41,729 bases of DNA from an uncultured Candidatus Saccharibacteria bacterium. GTDB taxonomy: Bacteria > Patescibacteriota > Saccharimonadia > Saccharimonadales > CAYVSP01. Location of the stretch: NCBI GenBank assembly GCA_964540115.1, contig CAZILM010000003.1, positions 1-41,729 on the forward strand, written 5' to 3'. Below, piece after piece: positions 7,864-14,450 of this stretch. The notes beneath the pieces were generated by a model. The model had not been told where the DNA came from. It saw only the letters and a program-made list of their open reading frames with translations, and made no database searches. Position 1 is the first letter of the stretch. Each line of letters begins with the position of its first letter. A program made the translations under genes and the position numbers.

Positions 7864-8574
7864 GTGGTATACAGTAACACACAGATTAGACAGGCTATTA
7901 AAGAGGGGCATATTATCTGTGAACCCTTTAATCCTAAGCACGTAGCACACGCCAGCCTTGACGTTACATTAGGGCATTATTATTACCGTACCGAGAGATC
8001 AAAAGACCACCCGGTTTATAACCCTTTCGACGAAGGTGATGTGCAACGTTATTTTGAGGGTGCCATCAAAGCAGTACCACATAAAAAATGGTGCGACGAA
8101 AATGGTGTAAAGCCACTCAAGGGAATTCCTGCCAAACACCCGATTATTCCACTTCGCCCGGGAGAACGGATACTTGCTCATACTCATGAATTTTTCGGTA
8201 TCAAACCACCGGGTGCTTACGAACTAAAATCCCGCTCCAGCTGGGGTCGTAATGGTATTGCAGTTTGTTTTGACGCCGGCTGGGTTGACCCGGGCTATAT
8301 AAACCGACTAACTCTGGAAATTTACAACCTGAACGAGAAAGAGATTATGTTGCTGCCGGTTGGGGAGCGCATCGGTCAAGCTGTCTTCCACCATACCGGT
8401 CCTGTGGAGGGAAATTACGGCGAGGGACGCCACGGTGGCTTTAGTGGCAAATACCAGAGTGGCACCAACTTAAAAGAGCTTATAAGAACCTGGCAACCGG
8501 AAGACATGCTGCCCAAAGCCTATCTGGACAGACGAAGTGCACCCAAGAAAATCAGGGGGCTCAAAGGTGACTAA
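7864..8574 (+). CDS. dcd: dCTP deaminase family protein (GTG start)
   Basis: ASLDVTLG near the N-terminus, GWVDPGY, and LEIYNLNEKEIMLLPVGERIGQAVF are typical of the dCTP deaminase/dUTPase beta-barrel family; 236 aa. Confidence 0.8.
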   Translation: MVYSNTQIRQAIKEGHIICEPFNPKHVAHASLDVTLGHYYYRTERSKDHPVYNPFDEGDVQRYFEGAIKAVPHKKWCDENGVKPLKGIPAKHPIIPLRPGERILAHTHEFFGIKPPGAYELKSRSSWGRNGIAVCFDAGWVDPGYINRLTLEIYNLNEKEIMLLPVGERIGQAVFHHTGPVEGNYGEGRHGGFSGKYQSGTNLKELIRTWQPEDMLPKAYLDRRSAPKKIRGLKGD

Positions 8575-8610
8575 CCAATTCCTTACACAACGCCTTGGTG
8601 GGAGGAATTA

Positions 8611-10965
8611 ATGAGCAATAAACGAGGCATTTTTTTGACCATCGAGGGAACTGATGGTTCGGGTAAGGGTACCCAGTTCAAACTGCTTGCCAATCGCTTA
8701 AAAGAGCTGGGCTATGAAGTCGCTACATTTGATTTTCCACAATACGATTCACCGTCTAGCTATTTCGTAAAAGAGTATCTAAATGGCAGTTACGGCTCAT
8801 CAGACGAAGTCGGACCTTACACCGGCTCGCTTTTCTTTGCTCTTGACCGCTACGAGGCATCAGCGGCTATAAATCAAGCTCTGGAAGAGGGTAAAATCGT
8901 ACTCTCCAACCGATTCACCGGCTCAAACATGGCGCACCAGGGTACCAAGTTTGAGCATCCTGAGGAACGCCGGGGATTCTTCATCTGGTTAGATAATTTA
9001 GAGTTCCAGATGCTGCATATACCGCGTCCTGACAAAAGTTTTATTTTACGTGTGCCTGCGGATATAGCCCAAAAAAGGGTAGATCAAAAGACTGATAGAA
9101 CTTATACAGACAAGAAACGTGATCTTCACGAAGCAGATCTAGGCCATCTAAAGCGTTCAGTTCAGGTCTACGACGATCTGGCGTCACTCTTTCCAAAGGA
9201 TTTTGTGGTCGTAAACACCGTAAACGATAGTACAGAGCTTGACGTGCAAAGCGTGCAATTAATGTTATGGAACCAAATTGAGCCACTTTTGCCAACCAAG
9301 CCGTCTAGCCATTCGAAAAAACCGTATAAAGCACCGCAAGCGCAAAACCCTTACACGAATAAGGATGCCGAAGGCCGTTATCAAATTACTGAAGCCGGAA
9401 AGAATTGGTTACGCGATGCCGTGACCAGTATTGACGGCTCTGTTTACGCTACATACAACAAACTGGAGAGCTTAACCGCAGCGGCGGCCATGGCGCGGCT
9501 GAGCCGGCGAGGCGACGACATGCGGATTACCGTTCTTGACGAGTTTGCTCAGGGCATCGACGAGGCTAAAGGGAAGGGTATACGCCGAGACGAGAAGCTC
9601 TTGCACCGTGTCATAACGGCTTATGGGGATGATTCTGTCCAGCAGCTAGTCGGTCAGCACATTGTAGTAGAGGGAGCTTCGAATTTATTGACCAAAAAAC
9701 TGGAGTGGGGCAGATTGGCGGCCTATCTGGAGCAATCCACGCGCTACATTTACTTTGATCAACCTGATAATGAGGGCAAATACCGCTACTACACACCCAA
9801 GCACCTGGATGAGAAGACAAAGAGAGCTTACGACACAGCAATGGATAAGATTTTTAAGCTGTACTCTTCGATGGTACACACTCTAACCGATTATCTTAAA
9901 GACAGGTCTAGTGTGCCAGAGGAAGAGCGAGATGCCGCCTGGCAAGGTGCTATACGTGCTCAAGCTTGCGATGCCGTTCGACCGGTACTGCCAGTTGCTA
10001 CCAAAGCCACTGTTGGCATTTATGGATCAGGCCAGGCCATTGAGAGTCTTATCATGCACCTTATGAGCGACGATTTACCAGAGGCTAAAGAAGTTGGGCA
10101 ACAAATCTTGGACGAAGCCCGCAAAGTGATTGGCACCTTTTTGGAACGTGCTGACAAACCGGACAGGGGCGGAGCCACAATTGCATATTTATCAAACACC
10201 AAAAGAGCAGTCAAAGAATTGGCCGCAAAATACCTGCCGGACAAACACAGCAACGCACTGGAAGCCGTTCAGCTAACTGGTGTTTGGCCGCGTAACGAAC
10301 TGGATCTGGTGCCTGACATGCTTTATGAACATAGTGGCCTGTCATTGCGCGAAATTACCGAAGAAGTTAATCAGTGGCCTTATGACAAAAAAATTAACGT
10401 TTTCCAAGCCTATATAGGTGAGCGCTTAAACCGGCGGCATAAACCAGCTAGAGCGCTTGAAAAGGCGCACTACAGCTGGGATTTACTTTGTGACTACGGT
10501 ATTTTTCGTGACTTGCAGCGCCACCGTATGGTTGACGATTTAGAGTGGCAACTACTGACTCCTCGTTATGGATATGATATTCCGGACTTAATTGAGGAAA
10601 CAAACCTTACCGACGAATTTGAGCAATGCTTTGATCTAAGCTTGGATTTATACAGTAAACTTCAAGCGGCCGGCTATGCACTTGAGGCGCAGTACGCCAC
10701 ATTACTGGGCCATAAAATGCGTTGGAAAATTACCTATAACGCCCGGGAGGCCTTCCACTTGCATGAACTACGCACGAGTCCGCAGGGTCACCCGACCTAT
10801 CGAAAATTAGTCTTGCAGATGCATGAAAAGCTGGCCGAAGTTCACCCAATGCTAGCAGACGCCATGATATTCGTAAATAAAGGTGAGGATCCGGAGTTAT
10901 CGCGACTGGCTGCTGAACGCTACACCCAATTTAAACTTCAACAGATCGACGCAGAAACAAGGTAG
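8611..10965 (+). CDS. thyX: fusion protein: N-terminal thymidylate kinase + C-terminal tandem (two-lobed) flavin-dependent thymidylate synthase ThyX
   Basis: Residues 1 to about 225 carry IEGTDGSGKGTQ, ALDRYE and a lid region, as in Tmk. The first ThyX-like lobe has YGDDSVQQL...EGASNLLTKKLEWGRLAAYLEQSTRY. The second lobe has GIFRDLQRHRMVDD...TPRY and AFHLHELRTSPQGHPTYRKL (RHR motif and C-terminal ThyX helix). The whole is a single uninterrupted 784-aa frame. Confidence 0.8.
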   Translation: MSNKRGIFLTIEGTDGSGKGTQFKLLANRLKELGYEVATFDFPQYDSPSSYFVKEYLNGSYGSSDEVGPYTGSLFFALDRYEASAAINQALEEGKIVLSNRFTGSNMAHQGTKFEHPEERRGFFIWLDNLEFQMLHIPRPDKSFILRVPADIAQKRVDQKTDRTYTDKKRDLHEADLGHLKRSVQVYDDLASLFPKDFVVVNTVNDSTELDVQSVQLMLWNQIEPLLPTKPSSHSKKPYKAPQAQNPYTNKDAEGRYQITEAGKNWLRDAVTSIDGSVYATYNKLESLTAAAAMARLSRRGDDMRITVLDEFAQGIDEAKGKGIRRDEKLLHRVITAYGDDSVQQLVGQHIVVEGASNLLTKKLEWGRLAAYLEQSTRYIYFDQPDNEGKYRYYTPKHLDEKTKRAYDTAMDKIFKLYSSMVHTLTDYLKDRSSVPEEERDAAWQGAIRAQACDAVRPVLPVATKATVGIYGSGQAIESLIMHLMSDDLPEAKEVGQQILDEARKVIGTFLERADKPDRGGATIAYLSNTKRAVKELAAKYLPDKHSNALEAVQLTGVWPRNELDLVPDMLYEHSGLSLREITEEVNQWPYDKKINVFQAYIGERLNRRHKPARALEKAHYSWDLLCDYGIFRDLQRHRMVDDLEWQLLTPRYGYDIPDLIEETNLTDEFEQCFDLSLDLYSKLQAAGYALEAQYATLLGHKMRWKITYNAREAFHLHELRTSPQGHPTYRKLVLQMHEKLAEVHPMLADAMIFVNKGEDPELSRLAAERYTQFKLQQIDAETR

Positions 10966-11350
10966 CTAGTTTAAGTCGTTTAGGACCTGACGTTTCGACC
11001 GGTTTACCCCTATAAAGCAATCCGTAAACTACACCATCGTCATAAGCTTGTACTTGTTTTTCAACCGTACAACTTGGGGTTTCTACAAAAACATTTGGTC
11101 TTTTTTCAGGTGTCGCCTTCCAGCCATGCTGTCGAGCGGCCTCTAAAGAAAGCGCAACGAAAGTATCGTGCGCCTCTCGATGTCCCTCATGTGTCATAAC
11201 AAAGTAGGCGCTGAAATCGTCTTTCTCACCGTTCGCAAAGCGTACTAGATTTTCAGCCATGCCGCTTCCGACTGTTTGCGGGTCTACTCCAGATGTTTCC
11301 TGCGCTGATGCAGGGTCCTTATCAGGTACTTCGCTCGTTGTAACACTCAT
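10931..11350 (-). CDS. hypothetical protein (139 aa)
   Basis: ORF with GGAAG upstream of the ATG. Its 3' end overlaps the thyX fusion 3' end by 35 nt (convergent). No family was recognised. Confidence 0.45.
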   Translation of the reverse strand: MSVTTSEVPDKDPASAQETSGVDPQTVGSGMAENLVRFANGEKDDFSAYFVMTHEGHREAHDTFVALSLEAARQHGWKATPEKRPNVFVETPSCTVEKQVQAYDDGVVYGLLYRGKPVETSGPKRLKLATLFLRRSVEV

Positions 11351-11529
11351 GTGGTCGCTTCCGGCTTAAAAAACCGGTTCCTTCTTGTGATGGAGCCGGT
11401 CATTTTGCTTGGTTATTTACTCGTGAAACTTGGCTCCAACTTACTGTTAGGCAATAAACACCTTACCGTAAGGACGGCAAGAGTTAACCTTGTGTAGTAA
11501 ATCGGAAACTTTGTTTATCACGAGTACGG

Positions 11530-11558
11530 AATGTACGCCTCAAAAAAGAGCTTGTCAA
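11530..11558 (-). promoter_or_regulatory. candidate promoter for the 10931-11350 gene (long leader)
   Basis: On the minus strand: TTGACA (11558-11553), 17-nt spacer, TACATT (11535-11530). This implies a 5' UTR of roughly 170 nt. Confidence 0.4.
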
Positions 11559-11616
11559 GCTGAAGCTTTGGTTGTAACGTAATTATTATTATGGTTTCAC
11601 ACGTAGCGAAGCGATT

Positions 11617-11745
11617 AGGACTAGTCCTCGGCCTAAAAGGGCTGTGCTTCAGTTATGTTGAAGCCTGATCCGCTAAGCGCGGACTAGCACAGCCCAAAGA
11701 ATCAGGCTTCAGCAAGGAGTCTGTTTTTAATTTAAGGAGATTGAT
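11617..11745 (+). promoter_or_regulatory. structured leader RNA with interleaved helices (riboswitch/attenuator candidate)
   Basis: - Palindrome AGGACTAGTCCT at 11617-11628.
- 9-bp helix GGGCTGTGC (11639-47) / GCACAGCCC (11687-95).
- This helix encloses the hairpins CTTCA/TGAAG and TCCGC/GCGGA.
- An 11-bp alternative helix TGAAGCCTGAT (11659-69) / ATCAGGCTTCA (11701-11) crosses the first helix. Confidence 0.4.
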
Positions 11746-11952
11746 ATGAGTTTAGAGAATAGCGGCCAGACAGCTGGAGGCGATAAGTTTGTAGCTGGTG
11801 GAGTAGAGATAGCCCGGACGGTAGTATCGGAATCCTGCGAAGTTGAGCCCGTAGAAATGCCAAAAATTGTCTACGCTGGAACCGAAGGAGTCAGGGACGT
11901 GCCAGATCAAGTTAGCATGCCAACAGGACCACGAGCTTTCCTTATAGCTTGA
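11746..11952 (+). CDS. hypothetical small protein (68 aa)
   Basis: AAGGAGA lies 6 nt upstream of the ATG. No family was recognised. Confidence 0.4.
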   Translation: MSLENSGQTAGGDKFVAGGVEIARTVVSESCEVEPVEMPKIVYAGTEGVRDVPDQVSMPTGPRAFLIA

Positions 11953-12063
11953 CAATAGCTGCAAACGGCGGATGATAGATTTATGGCTTTAATGAACGTA
12001 ATTATTAAGATTAACGTGAACCACGCAAACGCGGGGCAGTAGAGTCTATTAAATAGAAACGTA

Positions 12064-12087
12064 ACGGCCCCGAAAGGGGCCGTTTTT
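12064..12087 (+). terminator. intrinsic terminator-like hairpin
   Basis: ACGGCCCC-GAAA-GGGGCCGT (8 bp, GNRA loop) followed by TTTTT. It lies about 110 nt after the 11746-11952 ORF and directly before the Shine-Dalgarno of the next ORF. Confidence 0.6.
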
Positions 12088-12103
12088 AATTTAGGAGAAG
12101 AAA

Positions 12104-12340
12104 ATGAACACAATACTAACTCCGGCAGAACTACTTGATCCCTTTACGGGGGAGTGGACGCCGTTGCGAGCCAACCTGGAAAAGGTTTCACTACCACGTC
12201 TTGTTGGAAGCGTCGTGGAAATAGTAGAGGCACCTGGACTGCCTAAATCACAAGAGAATAGGCCGACAGTTCAGCGGGTGGCTGTAGGCAATTCGTGGAT
12301 GGCAGACTGTTTAAGCCGCCCACCTGCACGGAGATCCTGA
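12104..12340 (+). CDS. hypothetical small protein (78 aa)
   Basis: AGGAGA lies 7 nt upstream of the ATG. No family was recognised. Confidence 0.4.
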   Translation: MNTILTPAELLDPFTGEWTPLRANLEKVSLPRLVGSVVEIVEAPGLPKSQENRPTVQRVAVGNSWMADCLSRPPARRS

Positions 12341-12369
12341 TTGACACCTATCAACAGATAAGATACAAT
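12341..12369 (+). promoter_or_regulatory. near-consensus sigma-70 promoter of the rplJL operon
   Basis: TTGACA (12341-46), 17-nt spacer, TACAAT (12364-69). Confidence 0.65.
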
Positions 12370-12375
12370 TCCGCC

Positions 12376-12552
12376 GTTACCAAAGACAGCGACTGTCGTT
12401 AAAGGCTTAATTTGTCGCCGAGGTGCACTCAAATCTATTTGTTTTGTGAGCACATATGAAAGCTTCTTGGTAACCGGGAAGCTTTTTTGGTACCAGGCAG
12501 TAATTTAACGGTCGAGAATTTCTGCCCGAACTCATAAATGTAGGAGAAAAAT
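12376..12552 (+). promoter_or_regulatory. rplJ leader (probable L10(L12)n autoregulatory leader) with an attenuator-like hairpin
   Basis: A roughly 180-nt untranslated leader with helices GACAG/CTGTC, GTGC(A)CTCA/TGAGCAC and GGCAG/CTGCC. The hairpin AAGCTTC-TTGGTAACCGG-GAAGCTT is followed by TTTTT. Position and length fit the known L10 leader class. Confidence 0.5.
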
Positions 12553-13083
12553 ATGGCTCTTACCAAAGAGAAGAAAAACGCCGTAATTGACCAAGTCGGC
12601 CAATTACTAAGTGATTCTAAAATGACAGTTGTGGCTGCTTATCAAGGTACGCCAGTTAAAGCTATGCAGACTTTGCGGCGCGATGCCAAAGAGAATGGTA
12701 CAACTATTAAAGTTGTTAAAAACCGCCTGGTAATGCAAGCCTTAAAACAATCAGACGTTTTTAAGGAAGCAGATACCAGTGCGCTGAACGGTATGTTACT
12801 CTACGCCTTCAACAGTGAAGATGAGGTAGCACCAGCTCAAGCATTGGCTAACTTCGCTAAAGCACAGCCAACCATGGAATTTGTTGGCGCATACACAGCC
12901 GAAGGGCAGTTCTTAGGCGCAGAAGACGTTAAGTCACTCGCCAGCCTGCCGACCAAGGAACAATTACGCGGCCAGCTAGTCGGTATGCTTGGTGCGCCAT
13001 TAAGTGGTTTTGTTAACGTAATGGCCGGTAATGTGCGCGGTGTATTAACCGTTCTAAATGCTAGAGCCGAATCAATAGGATAA
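12553..13083 (+). CDS. rplJ: 50S ribosomal protein L10
   Basis: 176 aa, MALTKEKKNAVIDQV...TVVAAYQGTPVKAMQTLRR; upstream of rplL. Confidence 0.95.
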   Translation: MALTKEKKNAVIDQVGQLLSDSKMTVVAAYQGTPVKAMQTLRRDAKENGTTIKVVKNRLVMQALKQSDVFKEADTSALNGMLLYAFNSEDEVAPAQALANFAKAQPTMEFVGAYTAEGQFLGAEDVKSLASLPTKEQLRGQLVGMLGAPLSGFVNVMAGNVRGVLTVLNARAESIG

Positions 13084-13095
13084 GAAAGGATAGAT

Positions 13096-13605
13096 ATGGC
13101 AGACGAAGAAGTAAAGAATGAAGCAACTGAAGCTAAGGCCGAGGAAGTAAAGCAGGAGAAACTAGCAGAAGAGAAGGCTGAAGCCAAGGAAGAAAAAGCA
13201 AATAAGAAGGCCGAGAAAGTTGAAGTTCCTAAGGAATTCGAGAAGCTTGTTGGTGAGTTGGACAAAATGTCAGCTCTTGAAATCAGCAAATTTGTTAAAT
13301 TCCTGGAGGAATACTGGGGCGTAAGCGCCGCAGCACCGGCTGTAGCCGTGGCTGCAGCTCCTGGCGGAGAAGCTGCTCCAGCTGAGGAAACTAAGAGCGA
13401 GTACGACGTAGTACTTAAAGATGCCGGCGCCCAAAAGGTAGCTGTCATCAAAGCGGTAAAAGACATTACCAATCTAGGTCTTGGTGAAGCCAAGGCAATT
13501 GTAGATGGTGCACCTAAGACGGTTCTAGAGAAAGCCAAAAAAGACGACGCCGAGGCTGCCAAAAAAGCCTTAGAAGATGCCGGCGCTACAGTTGAGTTAG
13601 CTTAA
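13096..13605 (+). CDS. rplL: 50S ribosomal protein L7/L12 with a roughly 44-aa Lys/Glu-rich N-terminal extension
   Basis: The core reads [35 protein letters not shown]...[26 protein letters not shown]...[12 protein letters not shown]. It is preceded by [44 protein letters not shown], with no alternative in-frame start codon. Confidence 0.95.
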   Translation: MADEEVKNEATEAKAEEVKQEKLAEEKAEAKEEKANKKAEKVEVPKEFEKLVGELDKMSALEISKFVKFLEEYWGVSAAAPAVAVAAAPGGEAAPAEETKSEYDVVLKDAGAQKVAVIKAVKDITNLGLGEAKAIVDGAPKTVLEKAKKDDAEAAKKALEDAGATVELA

Positions 13606-13624
13606 AAATTACTCAGCTTCACCT

Positions 13625-13662
13625 GAATAGCTCATTCGTTCTAACGGATGAGCTATTTATTT
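13625..13662 (+). terminator. intrinsic terminator after rplL
   Basis: AATAGCTCAT (13625-34) / ATGAGCTATT (13647-56), a 10-bp stem followed by a T-rich tail (TATTTA). Confidence 0.65.
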
Positions 13663-13801
13663 AGCCGACTACTTATAGGTTATAGACTAAGTTTATCCAC
13701 AACCATTGACTTGATTTTTTGACACAAGGAATGTCACGTGGTACGGTAGGGCGAGAAAGTGTATCTAAATAAACACTTACAAGGGTTGAGAGAATACTGA
13801 T

Positions 13802-14311
13802 ATGGCAGAAGTACCAGAAAAGCAAATCAAGCGCTTGCGTGCCTTGATTGAAGAGGCTGAAACCAGCCTGGCGGCGGCTAAAGAGTTGCTGGTTAGTTTA
13901 GTTGGCGAAGATCCGACAGTAACAGCCACAGATAAAGATGAAAATATCGGCAAGGTGATTGAGGGTGTGTTTGACGGCCAGAACATGGTTGGTTCAGATG
14001 GTAAGACCTACCCAGTTCCGGCTAACTACGCCAGCAAGTCAAAATTAGTTCAGGGTGATATATTGAAACTGACAATAGCCGACGACGGCGCTTTTTTGTA
14101 TAAGCAAATCGGGCCTATCCCGCGCAAGCAAGTAGTTGGGGTTTTGGAACAAAAAGAGGGCCACTACTTCGTTGTTGTCAACGGTAAACAGTACCGTGTA
14201 TTACTTGCCAGCGTAACTTACTTTAAGGCCAAGCCTGGGGATCAAGTAAGTGTCAATGTACCGGAAGATGACTCAGCTGCTGAATGGGCGGCATTAGAGG
14301 CGGCTCTATAG
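13802..14311 (+). CDS. hypothetical protein with an N-terminal coiled-coil-like helix and two similar beta-rich halves (169 aa)
   Basis: Starts MAEV.... The segments GVFDGQNMVGSDGKTYPVPANYASKSKLVQGDILKLTI and GVLEQKEGHYFVVVNGKQYRVLLASVTYFKAKPGDQVSVNV look like an internal duplication. No family was recognised. Confidence 0.55.
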   Translation: MAEVPEKQIKRLRALIEEAETSLAAAKELLVSLVGEDPTVTATDKDENIGKVIEGVFDGQNMVGSDGKTYPVPANYASKSKLVQGDILKLTIADDGAFLYKQIGPIPRKQVVGVLEQKEGHYFVVVNGKQYRVLLASVTYFKAKPGDQVSVNVPEDDSAAEWAALEAAL

Positions 14312-14450
14312 CCACCTAAAATTCAACGTTAAATTGCAAAACCTTAGGATTTGTTTTTTATAATACTATGTTTGCTTAATAACTGAATTTTAATTCGTAG
14401 CTTATTTACAACAATTTATAGCAACCCTAACGAGTATAATTAGCCTACAC

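Noticed and set aside
8611-10965. The Tmk-ThyX fusion as an artefact of a lost stop codon
   Set aside because: The frame is continuous through a Pro/Lys/Ser-rich linker of about 30 aa (PTKPSSHSKKPYKAPQAQNPY). No remnant stop, Shine-Dalgarno or start signal lies at the junction. A sequencing error cannot be excluded from the sequence alone, so it is reported as a fusion with that caveat.
12837-13562. 241-aa minus-strand ORF spanning rplJ-rplL
   Set aside because: It lies antisense to two unmistakable ribosomal protein genes. Its Ser/Ala/Thr-rich product is typical of the reverse frame of GCN/GAR-rich genes.
13693-13701. Perfect DnaA box TTATCCACA between rplL and the 169-aa gene, not far from dnaX/dnaB
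   Set aside because: Only a single consensus box was found. One further 1-mismatch box (TTATTTACA near 14403) is 700 nt away. There is no cluster, no adjacent dnaA/dnaN, and a single 9-mer is plausible by chance in 41 kb. This is not enough to call an origin.
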